Part shown: in pieces, positions 22,104 through 33,483 of the stretch
How positions within the stretch are numbered: position 1 is the stretch's first letter
Layout of the letters: each line of letters starts with the position of its first letter
Assembly (NCBI GenBank): GCA_008369845.1
Contig: MRSU01011496.1
Span: forward strand, 1-64,000
Reading direction: 5' to 3'
DNA from: Trichomonas gallinae
Taxonomy: Eukaryota
Length of the DNA: 64,000 bases
Translations under genes and position numbers: made by a program
The notes under the pieces: generated by a model
Told to the model about the DNA's origin: nothing
What the model saw: only the letters and a program-made list of their open reading frames with translations
The model's database searches: none

Positions 22104-22598
22104 CTATTCAAAGCCGAATTCGTTGTCATTTGATGTGAAATCGATTGTCTCAAAAAAATTTTCGAAGTTTGTGGCATCGAAAGGCTCAGAGCCAGTATTT
22201 TCTAAATTATTTCTTTTCAAGATTTCTATCTGCTTTTGTGGAGTGCAGACATCGGATGACCTCATTGGCTCCTTCTCGAGTTTGACTAGTCTAGATTTGA
22301 TTTGAGAAACCGAGTGTCCAGGAAGATAAATTTGAATCTTATTCCATCTCCTACCTAAAAGTTTGTATTTTTGGATCAAAACACGATCTTCTTCATTTGT
22401 CCAAACCACCGAGTTCCTTCTCTTTGACAAAACATTTTTCCAGCGATCGTGGCATTGATGAACATTGCGACCCGGCATTCTTGAAGCGATAGTAACCCAA
22501 TTCTTGAGCTTCTCTTCGACTATTAGCCTACGAAGTTCCTTGTCCTCTTCAGGGGAGAACTTAACTACTGGATACTTCTTATCTTCGTCTTCGGACAT
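22104..22598 (-). CDS. R2R3 Myb transcription factor
   Basis: KFSPEEDKEL..NWVTIA..GRNVHQCHDRW and WTNEEDRVL..GRRWNKI..QIKSR. Confidence 0.92.
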   Translation of the reverse strand: MSEDEDKKYPVVKFSPEEDKELRRLIVEEKLKNWVTIASRMPGRNVHQCHDRWKNVLSKRRNSVVWTNEEDRVLIQKYKLLGRRWNKIQIYLPGHSVSQIKSRLVKLEKEPMRSSDVCTPQKQIEILKRNNLENTGSEPFDATNFENFFETIDFTSNDNEFGFE

Positions 22599-24510
22599 TT
22601 AAATAAAATAAAGTAAAATTTCATTTTCAAAGACTTAACAAATATTTGATCGGAACCATAGAAAAAATTGTGAGTTTGCATTTTTCTTTAAAGAAAACAG
22701 TTCTCAATTTATTTATGCTTTGTAATTCTTTTGTTTTTGATCTGTAGATGTTGGAAGTTAAAAGAATTTATCCCTATTGAATCGATTTTGTTATCAAAAT
22801 TCTCATATAATATTAATGTATACATCATATATATATGTATTATCTGAAAAATTTATGGTATGTTGAAAATTGTGAACAAAAATCCGTTTCGGTTATAGTA
22901 CATGCATATTGCTGATACAATATTGATTAAAATTTTCGCTAGTTAAAATTTGTGTAATTTACATATAAAATAAAAATTTGTTATTTATTCTATATATATG
23001 ATTTCTTATTTATTAAAAAAATTGATAGAAAATTTTGAATGAAATAATGGCTTATCTAGAGCAGGTAGATAATCAGATTTATCTTCAAAATAATCATTAT
23101 CTATCGTTTAGGACGATCAAATGAACGATAGCCGTTGAGAAAAATATCCCTATTCAAAAAAAATTTTAAGCCTTGGGAAACGAATGGTATGCTATGCAAT
23201 GCCTTGGGAAACTATTTCTGATAATTTCACATTTCTAGCTTCAATTTCGAAAATAATGTGTTCACATCCTTTCTCCTAGAATTTCTTATTTACTCTTGAT
23301 AAGCTGTTAGTCTAGAATTGCCAAGTGACCAGCTATAACTATTCAATTGCTTAACTTTTGTCAAAAATCACCAACAAAAACATAATTTGGAGTTATGGTT
23401 GTTAGGTCTGCCATTGTAATCATCCAGATCCGTCATAGAATCAATAACAGTATAAGAGGATAATGGGGAATTTTTTAACCCAAAAAGTGTCATGTTCTTT
23501 TCATAGAATGTTTTCAATATGTTTTTTTTCTCCGCTTGTATCGTTCTATGTTGCTATATTGCAATTAAATATCTGTTGCAGGTAGTTGATAAGGATCCAT
23601 AATGATGTTTGTGCTTTGTGATTTCATGAATGTGGAATGTGAATAAGAAGAACAATGTTTTAAAATGTGATTGTACATAAAATAACTATTTGTGAGCTGA
23701 ATTGCTCATGATTAAGATTAAAACAACTGATAATTAAATTTTTGAAATTTCTTATCGGGGAAAAATAACGCTGCAACTTGAATGGTCGATGTTTTAGATG
23801 GCATAGATCATTACTTCTCTTTGAGAAATCCATTCTTCGATTTAAGATTTTTCCGGAAAATGCAAAATTTATCAAAAATCACTAAAATTCATTAACTTTT
23901 CATCATAATAAAACATTTAAATAACTAATTAAATTTTATAAATTTTCGTCTATAAAATCCATACTCATTAACTGCTTGATATTCACGTTTTACGAACAAA
24001 TCTGAAATTTTCTTTTTGATTTATTATGTTTAACCTATATGGAAACAAAAATATATATTATTGCATTGTAATCAATAATTTTATTTTAATTATTTGAATA
24101 GTTCCTGATAATTTTATTCAAAAATATAATTAATTTAGTTTTATATAGTGACAATCAAAATTTGGATTTTTAATACATAGTTTCTAAATGGATTTTCATT
24201 TCCATGAAATAATTTTGAAGAAATTTTTCCAATTAAAAAAATACGTTATTTTTTATTTATGCCAAAATTACTTAATATATAAATTCTTTATACGAAGTTA
24301 TAAAATTTTGCTACGAGAAGATCCTACTATTTAATAATTTCGAACAATAATTTCATCAACAAAACAAAATTCTTATTGAAATATATAGGAAAAGAGAAGA
24401 TATGCTATAGAATAAAATATGAGAATCTAAAAAAGAGAAATGAGAAATAGGGAGAGAACTAAAAACGTGACAATTTCAAAATTAAAAAAACGTATATGTA
24501 TACAATTTTA

Positions 24511-24529
24511 AAGCGGTTGGAACCGTTAG
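24511..24529 (+). promoter_or_regulatory. Tandem M3 (Myb-site-like) core promoter elements
   Basis: AGCGGTTG and AACCGTTA both fit DRCSGYTD, 20-36 nt before the DNAI2 ATG. There is no clear Inr. Confidence 0.55.
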
Positions 24530-24547
24530 TTATTCTGCTATATATAT

Positions 24548-27217
24548 ATGTCGAACTCTGATACATTCACGTACAAAACGTGGCGTAGCCACTTTGGCCG
24601 TCCACTAAACGTGGAAGTATCCACCAAATCTATCTTTGCAATTCCTCCTGATCCAAAACTTCGTGCTAATTTTGCAGATATCAATCCTTTCACAGTAGAA
24701 ACGCAAACTGCATTAACATACTCACAGCACACAATAAATACGGAAGTTACGCAAATCAAACAACAAGAAGTTGTTCACACAGAAGGCTCATGGCCTCCAG
24801 GTGTCGATCCAACTGATCCAAGCTCTTGCAAGAACCACAGGAACAGAGTTGATAGATACCCGAATACTGTTAAGCAGATTCGTGAGCTTGCATCGCAAGT
24901 TGAGGCAACAGCCAAATTGAACAACTCAATCGATCTCTTTACAGACCACTTCCCACATCTCCAGGCTTCAGCCGCAATCCCAGACCCATCAATCGCGACA
25001 CTTTCCATCATCAGAGACAAATTCCCAGACAGATATGTTTCTTCGCTTTCATGGCAGGACTCCCAGACAACGAAGCGCATCGCTATCTGCTACACACCAA
25101 ACGATCTCGCAAATCCAGGAGCTCACTACGAAAGCTTCATCTACAATATCGATTGTCTTTCCGTTCCTGAAATGGAAATCCACCCACCGTCACCACTCCT
25201 CTGCTTGGAATATAACGCGAAGGACTATAACTTCCTCGTCGGTGGTATGGCTCACGGCACAATCTCGTTATGGGATGTTAGATCAGGATCTGTCCCAATC
25301 TGGACATCAGCCATCGAGCACTCACACAGAGGAGCCGTCCACTCAGTCAAATGGATCTCATCCAAGACTGCTTTCGAATGCGTTTCCACATCATTAGACG
25401 GAACAACAATGACATGGGATACACGCAAGGAAACAAAGCCAATCGAAGTCGTCCAGCTCCAGCCGAACCAGGACCTCCTTCCACAGGGCTTCGCTCCACC
25501 TTTCGGCGGCACTGCTATCGATTACCATACTGGTGTCCCAACAAAGTACATGGTTGGCACAAACGAGGGCCTCGTCATGATGGTCAACAGAAAAGCTTCA
25601 GATCCAAGCCAGAGAATTTCCGGCGTTTATTCAAACCACTACGGACCAATCTACTCAGTCCGTCGTCACCCAACAGAAACAAAGTACTTCCTCACAGCAT
25701 CAGACTGGACGGTTAGAGTTTACACAGAAGATAACAAGACCCCACTCATCTGCCTTCCATCTCAGTCCAGATATCTCACAAACGCTGTCTGGGGCAACGG
25801 CCGTACATCTGTCATCTTCACAGCCAACAACGTCGGCACAATCGAAGCTTGGGATATCAATCTTTCCCTTACAGCTCCAGTTTGCTCAATCCAGGCATCA
25901 GACTCAGCCATCAGGACAATGGCAGCAGACAACTCAGGCGAACTCATCGTTGTCGGAAGCGCTAATGGCACAGCCATGCTCCTCCAGCTCAACGAGTCAC
26001 TCAGACAGCCACTCAACGCCAACGAGAAGTCCAACTTCATGTCCATGCTCTCAAGAGAAGCCAAGAGAGTCAAGAACTACGATCAGTATCTCAAGGAGCA
26101 GAAGATGAGAAACAAGCAGGCCGCTTCACAGGCAAACAAGGACGAAGGCAAGAAGGAAGAGTCACAATTCGACCCAGCTGCCATCGAGAAGGAGTTCCAG
26201 AACGCTCTCGAGGGCAAGATCGACCAGGGCAACGACGAGAAGCGTGTCATCATCGGTGGCGAAGAAGAGGCAGCTCAACAGGCAGAAATGGAGAAGGCCG
26301 CCGAACCAAAGCACGAAGATAACAAACTTTCTCTTACAGGAGAAGTCAACGAGGCCATCGAACGCGGCACAGAAGAGAAGAAGGAAGGCGAGGAGAAGAA
26401 GGAGGACCTTTCTCTCACAGCCGAAGTCAATGAGGCCACAGAGCGCGCCAAGAAGGAGAAGGAGGAGGCCGAGAAGAAGGCAGCCGAAGAGGAAGCAAAG
26501 AAGAAGGCCGAAGAGGAGGCCAAGAAGAAGGCTGAGGAAGAGGCTGCCGCTAAGAAGGCCGCCGAAGAGGAAGCAGCCAAGAAGGCAGCTGAAGAAGCCG
26601 AGAAGAAGAAGGCTGAGGAAGAGGCAGCAGCTAAGAAGGCCGCCGAGGAAGAGGAGGCCAAAAAGAAGGCTGAAGAGGAAGAAGCTGCCAAACAGAAAGA
26701 TATGAGCTTAAAGGCTGAGATTCAGGATGAAGCAGAGAAGGTTGAGGATGCAACAAAGCCTGAAGAGAAGCCAGCTGAAGAGGAGAAGAAGCTCGATATC
26801 GAGGCAGCCGTTGAGCAGGCAGCAGAGGAAAAGCCAGCTGAAGAGGAGAAGAAGCCAGAAGAGAATAAGATGTCTCTCTTGGGCGAAGTCAACGAGGCAC
26901 TTGACAGAGCTAAGGAAGAGAAGACAGAAGAAGAAAAGAACGAGCCAAAGGTCGACACAGCATTAGCTGATGAAGTCGGACCAGCAGCAACAGAAGGACA
27001 ACCAAAGGCAGAGGAAGGCGGAGCATCACCATCCTTGTCCTTGGCCGGTGCTTTAGGCGGAGCTGCTCCTGCTGAGAAGAAGGATGAACCTAAGCCATCC
27101 ATGTCTCTCGCTGGAGCACTCGGTACAGCTGCTCAAAAGGTAGAGGAGGCGGAAAAGAAAGAAACAGAACCAGCTAAGCCAACAGGAAGCGGTCTCGGCC
27201 TCGGAAATCTTCTGTAA
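24548..27217 (+). CDS. DNAI2: Axonemal outer-arm dynein intermediate chain 2 (IC2/ODA6 type), WD40, with long C-terminal extension
   Basis: RSHFGR, HTEGSWP, NNSIDLF, WISSKTAFECVSTSLDG, PTKYMVGTNEG, HYGPIYSVRR and FLTASDW; followed by a ~340-aa E/K/A-rich tail. Confidence 0.88.
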   Translation: MSNSDTFTYKTWRSHFGRPLNVEVSTKSIFAIPPDPKLRANFADINPFTVETQTALTYSQHTINTEVTQIKQQEVVHTEGSWPPGVDPTDPSSCKNHRNRVDRYPNTVKQIRELASQVEATAKLNNSIDLFTDHFPHLQASAAIPDPSIATLSIIRDKFPDRYVSSLSWQDSQTTKRIAICYTPNDLANPGAHYESFIYNIDCLSVPEMEIHPPSPLLCLEYNAKDYNFLVGGMAHGTISLWDVRSGSVPIWTSAIEHSHRGAVHSVKWISSKTAFECVSTSLDGTTMTWDTRKETKPIEVVQLQPNQDLLPQGFAPPFGGTAIDYHTGVPTKYMVGTNEGLVMMVNRKASDPSQRISGVYSNHYGPIYSVRRHPTETKYFLTASDWTVRVYTEDNKTPLICLPSQSRYLTNAVWGNGRTSVIFTANNVGTIEAWDINLSLTAPVCSIQASDSAIRTMAADNSGELIVVGSANGTAMLLQLNESLRQPLNANEKSNFMSMLSREAKRVKNYDQYLKEQKMRNKQAASQANKDEGKKEESQFDPAAIEKEFQNALEGKIDQGNDEKRVIIGGEEEAAQQAEMEKAAEPKHEDNKLSLTGEVNEAIERGTEEKKEGEEKKEDLSLTAEVNEATERAKKEKEEAEKKAAEEEAKKKAEEEAKKKAEEEAAAKKAAEEEAAKKAAEEAEKKKAEEEAAAKKAAEEEEAKKKAEEEEAAKQKDMSLKAEIQDEAEKVEDATKPEEKPAEEEKKLDIEAAVEQAAEEKPAEEEKKPEENKMSLLGEVNEALDRAKEEKTEEEKNEPKVDTALADEVGPAATEGQPKAEEGGASPSLSLAGALGGAAPAEKKDEPKPSMSLAGALGTAAQKVEEAEKKETEPAKPTGSGLGLGNLL
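26460..26695 (+). repeat. Coding minisatellite (KKAEEEA-type repeats)
   Basis: Repeated AAGAAGGCNGARGARGAG units inside the DNAI2 tail. Confidence 0.85.
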
Positions 27218-28099
27218 ATGAAAAAATATCAGTGATTTATTGTCAGATCTCTAAAGAAGTTTTTTGAATAAATTTTATGAAATTTGATATACTTTTTGAA
27301 ACCATAAAATTTCATTTTTCATTCATCGAATAAGCACTAAAAATAGAACCTGACAAAAATGAATTTAAACTCAATAATTCCATGGCCAATTTTAGTTTCA
27401 ATTTTCAACTAGTTGTACGCAATACTGACAATAATAGTATGTTTTTTTATTTACGTAGTTGTAAACAATACTGGAGAAAATCTGCTTTTTCATTAAGGAC
27501 CAGTCAGTATTAAAATATTTGTTTGCAATGTTTCATAATGTCATAATGTCAATAATTGTTCAAAAAATTATTTTTGCGGTATTAAAATATTTTAATATGT
27601 TTCCTTATGTATATAACGAGATAAGATGATTTTTTGCGAATTCTCGCACGCAATGTTTTGTTCCATTCCTATTAAATATCCAGATATCGTATCTTCGAAA
27701 TATGATGTACCAATTCCAGTTCTTATCTCTGCCCCCGAGATGAACTGAAATACAATTTTGTTTTTGCAGACGAGTCCTTTTGGTAACATTTACAAGCAGA
27801 AACACCAGGTGAAAACACCACAAGATGTAACTGATAATGACTTCATTGACAGCTAAGAAACTAACTCATAGTATGAACATCTTTTGTTTCATATGTATCA
27901 AAAGAATTCATTAATACCGAAAGGAAGCCTACAAAGATCATGTACAAAGAAACCAATACAAGAATTAGTATTTTTGAACTATATGAATGATATTAGAATA
28001 AATGTTTTATATAATGTAAATAATGGATGATATGAAAAAATTAGATTTAATCTAGAAATTAAATATATGTTGATTGCTTTCATTTTTAACTATATGATG

Positions 28100-28729
28100 C
28101 AAACCATGGTACTCAGGTCATCTTGACAATCCAACTAAATAATGCTTCGATAGTGCATAATATGCATCCAATTATTGCAATTTTTTTTATTTTTAACCAA
28201 GTTTGATATAGATATGCTAAAATCATGCCAAATGTGAATCATATGCCGAAGATGTATGAAAATGTCTGAAAATGTCCCTTAGAAGCTATAGCTATATATT
28301 TTTAATATAAATTACAATCCAAATTAAAAGCAATTCTCCAGACAAGAAGATGATGGATAAACATATGATATTCCACGCTAAATGTTCATCACTGGTTGTC
28401 AGCAACAATCCCCAAAAGATTGTGCCGATCTACGAGATAATGAAAGTTCCAATGCGTACATCTAATTTAAAATGTGCAAGAATGAAATAGAAGCCAAAGA
28501 CAATCAAAATCGCAGCAAATGGTGGAATTAGGTAATTGCCGTTTACTGCTGTCCCTCTCAGAACATCATGAAATTCTATCCCACTAATTTTAAAATATGC
28601 GCAATGAAGATAGCCAACTGAAATCACTCCAATCGATAGTATTAGCGCATAGAGGTTGGCAATACTACAGAAAAACATCAAGAAATAATATTTTTTTTCT
28701 TTTGAATTCATGAGTATTTCATCCCACAA
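28100..28729 (-). pseudogene. Decayed multi-pass membrane protein (transporter-like)
   Basis: Hydrophobic frame continues past the TAG at 28430 (*IGTIFWGLLL..AWNIICLSIIFLSGELL*) and into further stop-broken hydrophobic segments. Track start is TTG. Confidence 0.5.
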
Positions 28730-29405
28730 GAATCTATTGGCATTGATGATATCATTCTTTTGTTATATTATATTTATTGCTTAATCGATTCGTTTAACTA
28801 TGCAAATGAATCATTTTCTTGATTCCCTTTCTTATCCTAGCGAGAAAAGCATCTGATTTCAATAACAAAAGCATTGTGAACAAACTATTTATTACTGTAA
28901 CAATGCGAGACTGCGTGCAAATGCTTGTAAATATCATTACATAAATATAATTCATAAAATTTGAAGATTTAGTTTTTTTATCGACGAAATAAGCTAATTC
29001 TATTCTCTATGTCATCAAAATCTATGCATGCTTCATATTTTTGAATTTCAAGATAAAATCATTGTTTATTGATGAACTGCGAAACATTTGGAGTGTAAAT
29101 GTACTTTTCGCTATAAATTTATTGGTTTTCACAGACATAGTATTTTTGGCTGAATAAAAAGTGTTTGTTTTATAATTCCTCGGGCATAGTTCATTTTAGA
29201 AAACTTTTTGAATATATGATTAAGTAAGCTACAGCCAAAGTACCATCTATCCCACACAATCAACATATATCATTAGGCATAGCACATATACCAAGTAAAA
29301 TGAACGCGATTAATTTGACAGACAAAACAAAAAATGATAAAGGATGTGTTACAAAAGTGACAGATTTTTATTTAAAAAGTGACATGAAAGAGAAAATAAA
29401 AAAAT

Positions 29406-31946
29406 ATGATAAGTGTTTATGTAGAAAAAGCGACAGGTCTTCCCGCTCTTGATAGAAATGGCCTTAGTGACCCTTTCTGCAACCTTTATGGTGTTGTTGG
29501 ACAGGTTTTTTACCTATTTGGAAAAACGAAAATCATAGATAGAACGTTAAATCCAGTTTGGGACGAAAATCACACGAATCCGTTCAGTATATCATTCACC
29601 AGAATATCGAAATTGCACGTTGACCTTTGGGATTACGACGCAGTTGGAACAGACGATTATATGGGCTTCGTTGAGATTCCAATTGATCCTGCGAAGTTCG
29701 GACAGTCGATAAAATATCCAGTGGTTACAGCAATTCCAAACTGTAGACCGGAAATTTGGGTGATGATAAAATTCGATCTTTTTGCAGTGACAGAAATCAA
29801 TAAATCCAACAGTGACAAATCATATGTCACCTATCTTACGTATTCACCACCATTAACAATCGAAAATAAAGTCAATTTAAGAATTAATAATTATGACGCG
29901 AGAACTGGCGCCGTTATATCTCTCCCTGGGTACGGAACGATAGACAGCACTGGAATAGAGCTGGACATACAAGCAAGTCACTATGGTCCCGCAGGATTTA
30001 CAAATGTTGCAACAATTTTTCCAAATAAAGAGAATGAGAGGAATCTATATATACCAGTTTGCAATGTTCAAGGATATAAAGGTGTTGTTACACTAAATGT
30101 TGCAAGTTGCGTTAAAATTCCAACGAATTCGGAAGATAATAAAAATATTCGAGTTTGCATGTCACAAGATCAACAAATCATCAAAGTTTACAAGAAAATT
30201 TCGGTTTATGTTACTGAAAATGGCACTTACAGCTTCGGTTGCGTTTTTGATTTATCGGATTCGAAATCTCTTGAAGTTAATTCATTATGTCTCAATAGAA
30301 AGCTGCAGGAATACTTAAAATTCCCTCGCGAAATGACTGTTCAAGATATAGCTCATTTAGTCTCTGCCAGTCCGTTTTGCAAATATTTTGGATTGGAATC
30401 AGCATTTATTCACGAAATTTATCATGTTCTTGAATTTGATCACTCGAGATATGACAATATTTTAGAGTTAATGACAAAAATTCTCGCAAGAAAATCAAAT
30501 AACAATTCTCATTTGGTAAATTCGCTTATTGAGTATTGTTTCATGCGTCCTAAAGATGTTTATAGCCTCAACTCTGCATTACTTCATAAATTACACTTCC
30601 TAAGAGCTCTTTTAGATAATAATGTAATTCAAGCTAAATTAATTTGCGATGCCATCACGAAAATAGAAATAACTCAATATTGGCTTACAGCCTTTTATTC
30701 TACAATGTTCTTTGCGCCAGAACTTGATGAATTAAATCATGATTTTCTAGAATCAGCGATAAGCAAGTTCAAAACCTATTTCGGCAATGGCCACGGTGAA
30801 GGAGGCATCAGAGACTTCTTGCCGAACCTCCCAGCGATGAGAGCAGAAGGTTGGTCGCAATTAAAGGCTTTGCTGAGGGATGGATATCAAAAGAACACTG
30901 TCATGGCTTCTATAGTCAACGGAACAATCGAACAAGACAATTCAATAAGACAAGATTCGGTTAATTCTTTTCTCAAATTATCAATTTTCGACAGAATTCG
31001 CAGTTTCTCGCAGAAAATTACTCCACTTGGCTATGCTTTGTACTACAACTGCTGCGAATCAGCCAAATACATTTTGAGCTTAAAACCACAATTTACGATT
31101 ACAGGAATCAGATCTTACGTCGAATACGCGATCAGAGGCGGAAATCCTGAGCTTCTTGAGATAATTTCGGGCACAAAACTTCTCCAAAGCGGCCATCTTA
31201 AGACCGCAATCGAATTTCACAATTCTGCAATTTTCGACAAAATCACATCATTATTAAGAATCAAGAAATTCCCAACAGTAGAACTCCTCAAGAATTCAAT
31301 TTCATCAGGAAACATTGACATTTTCTGTAGGTTCAATTCCAACATTAGGATCCTCGCTGGCGACAATCTTGAAGCAGAATATCTCAATGCTGTTCAAAAC
31401 GGACATATTAATTCAGTCGATGCATTAATCAACCACTATAATGTTTCTCCTACAGCTTTCGGACAGCGGGGACTTATGCCTCTTCAATTAGCTGTCAATA
31501 GAGGAGACACATCAATGGTTAGATTTTTATTATCATTCCCTGAGATTATCCCTTGCGCGATGTCAGAAGACGGATCAGTTCCTATAATCGGAGCAATAGA
31601 ATCTAGAAACTCTGATATGGTTAAAGTCATCGCGTGGTCGCCGACATTTGACCCGAATTTCGCTTTGAATGGAAGAACTCCATTAATGACTGCTGCTGAA
31701 ATTGGTCACACACCATCATTAATAGCAATCCTTGAAAGTCCACCTATTGTCCAGAACCCGCTGATCTTTTTAGATAAAAGGAACAAAGATGGTGAAACTG
31801 CATTAATGATTGCAGCTAAGAATGGGTATAAAGATGCTGTTAGCGCTTTAATTATCGCTGGCTGTGACAGGACAATAGAAAACAACGATGGAAAGAAGGC
31901 CATCAATGTTGCAGCTAATGATGAAATCAAAGAATTGTTGAAGTAA
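29406..31946 (+). CDS. C2-domain plus ankyrin-repeat protein
   Basis: N-terminal C2 (ATGLPALDRNGLSDPFC..TLNPVW..WDYDAVGTDDYMG) with its Ca-binding Asp residues; C-terminal ANK repeats (GRTPLMTAAEIGH, GETALMIAAKNGY). Confidence 0.9.
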   Translation: MISVYVEKATGLPALDRNGLSDPFCNLYGVVGQVFYLFGKTKIIDRTLNPVWDENHTNPFSISFTRISKLHVDLWDYDAVGTDDYMGFVEIPIDPAKFGQSIKYPVVTAIPNCRPEIWVMIKFDLFAVTEINKSNSDKSYVTYLTYSPPLTIENKVNLRINNYDARTGAVISLPGYGTIDSTGIELDIQASHYGPAGFTNVATIFPNKENERNLYIPVCNVQGYKGVVTLNVASCVKIPTNSEDNKNIRVCMSQDQQIIKVYKKISVYVTENGTYSFGCVFDLSDSKSLEVNSLCLNRKLQEYLKFPREMTVQDIAHLVSASPFCKYFGLESAFIHEIYHVLEFDHSRYDNILELMTKILARKSNNNSHLVNSLIEYCFMRPKDVYSLNSALLHKLHFLRALLDNNVIQAKLICDAITKIEITQYWLTAFYSTMFFAPELDELNHDFLESAISKFKTYFGNGHGEGGIRDFLPNLPAMRAEGWSQLKALLRDGYQKNTVMASIVNGTIEQDNSIRQDSVNSFLKLSIFDRIRSFSQKITPLGYALYYNCCESAKYILSLKPQFTITGIRSYVEYAIRGGNPELLEIISGTKLLQSGHLKTAIEFHNSAIFDKITSLLRIKKFPTVELLKNSISSGNIDIFCRFNSNIRILAGDNLEAEYLNAVQNGHINSVDALINHYNVSPTAFGQRGLMPLQLAVNRGDTSMVRFLLSFPEIIPCAMSEDGSVPIIGAIESRNSDMVKVIAWSPTFDPNFALNGRTPLMTAAEIGHTPSLIAILESPPIVQNPLIFLDKRNKDGETALMIAAKNGYKDAVSALIIAGCDRTIENNDGKKAINVAANDEIKELLK

Positions 31947-32663
31947 TTTTTATTTTTTATATTTATTGATTAATTGTTGATAAATTTTCATATCTAGTTT
32001 ATTATATGTTACAATTTTGCAGGAAAACATATATATAAATAACATCTTTTTTCTTTTGTTTTGAAATGAAATTTTCACAAACTCATAATGTTTATATTTA
32101 TAAATCAAAATATTCAATATAGCTTTTGGTTATGTTTTATTTATAGTCAGCAAATTAAATTGAAAAGAAATATAAAATTTTGATTTACTAAGAGGCGATA
32201 TCTAGTTTTCTCCATATTAAATTAATTATATATTGAATTAGTTAATAAATATATCGTGATTATGGTTAAAAAACAAGATCATTTTTATTCAATGAAATTT
32301 ATATCAGTAACCTATATTTTTATTTACATAATTTAGATTATATTTGTGCAAAATTGTTATATCCGAATTATTGGCCTTAATATTCCATTATTCATTTATT
32401 TTGATAATTTTGAGAAAATATTGTTGAGAGATTCGAAATATGAATAGGTGGATCTTCCTAAATCGCTAAGATAAGATATTATTTCCCATGATCAGGTGAT
32501 CCTACCCTATAACAATAATTTGTCTAATATTAACTTCCCAAGGATTTGGCCTAAAACAGTCAGAACTAACATTAAAAAATAGTAAATTAAATAAAATACG
32601 ATTTACATAACGAATTACGTAAGAGGTAGTAACAAACAAAAAATTCTAAATAATAACAAGGGA

Positions 32664-32891
32664 TCAAAAATCGAAGCTATCGGATCCTGAAGAACTTCCG
32701 ATCCTACTAGCTGGTAAAATAGATTTGGGTTTCGAAGCATTGTCTAGAACCGGAGCTCTAAAATGATGATTTGAATGTGGGGCTTTGCATCTTTTTATGC
32801 AAGACCCTATTGACGAGGGACTTTGTTTGAATATCTTCCTGAAGTCTCCGAATGCGTGGTGAGCAAGAAAAGGACAAATCGGCTTTTCCAT
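32664..32891 (-). CDS. Small hypothetical protein (75 aa), or overlapping structured RNA
   Basis: ATG ORF coincides with a GC-enriched island. Inr-like TCACA lies about 45-50 nt upstream. Confidence 0.4.
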   Translation of the reverse strand: MEKPICPFLAHHAFGDFRKIFKQSPSSIGSCIKRCKAPHSNHHFRAPVLDNASKPKSILPASRIGSSSGSDSFDF

Positions 32892-33483
32892 TAGAGATTT
32901 ATATCGAGGGGGAGCCCCTACTTAAGGAGGTTAAATGTGACAGACCCTGTCTTCTTATCGTATTCAAAATTGAAAAGTTTCAACCCCTAAATTACAAAAT
33001 TATAATATAATAGTCATTAATCACTAAATTTCTTAATGTAGGTTTTGTAAACTTTTTGTAAACATTTCAATATCGAACATAGTTTGTCAAAAATTGAGAA
33101 ATTTAGAATTTTGTTGTCACTTTTGGTTAGATAAAAAATTGATTCAATTTCTAAATTTGACAAAAATATTTTATCATTAATTATTTCTTTACTATTGAAG
33201 ATAATGGAATTTCATTAAAATTTGACATGTAAAATTTGCCATAAACCATCTTTTCTGATGATTATGAAAAACATTTGCATATTGAAAGCTCTATGGCGTA
33301 AATTAAATCATAATAAGTATACAGAAGTATCTAGTAGGCTTCAAAAACTCATAAAACACTATTATAACATTAATTTCAATGAGACATGTCTAAATTCTCA
33401 ACAAATATTTGATGGGTCCATATTTGAGAGTTGCAATTTTTGTCATGTAAATGTTTTATTTGTCAAGAAATAATATTTCGAAA

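Noticed and set aside
32688..32760. Hammerhead core CUGAAGA
   Set aside because: No stem II closed by GAAA and no matching stems I/III.
32662..32924. Plus-strand frame open if TGA is read as Trp (Mycoplasma-like insert)
   Set aside because: No recognisable protein or start. Flanking genes use TGA as a stop, and the minus-strand ATG ORF explains the composition.
32981..32990. CAACCCCTAA as a telomerase template or telomeric seed
   Set aside because: Single copy with four Cs, which does not fit a TTAGGG template, and no supporting structure.
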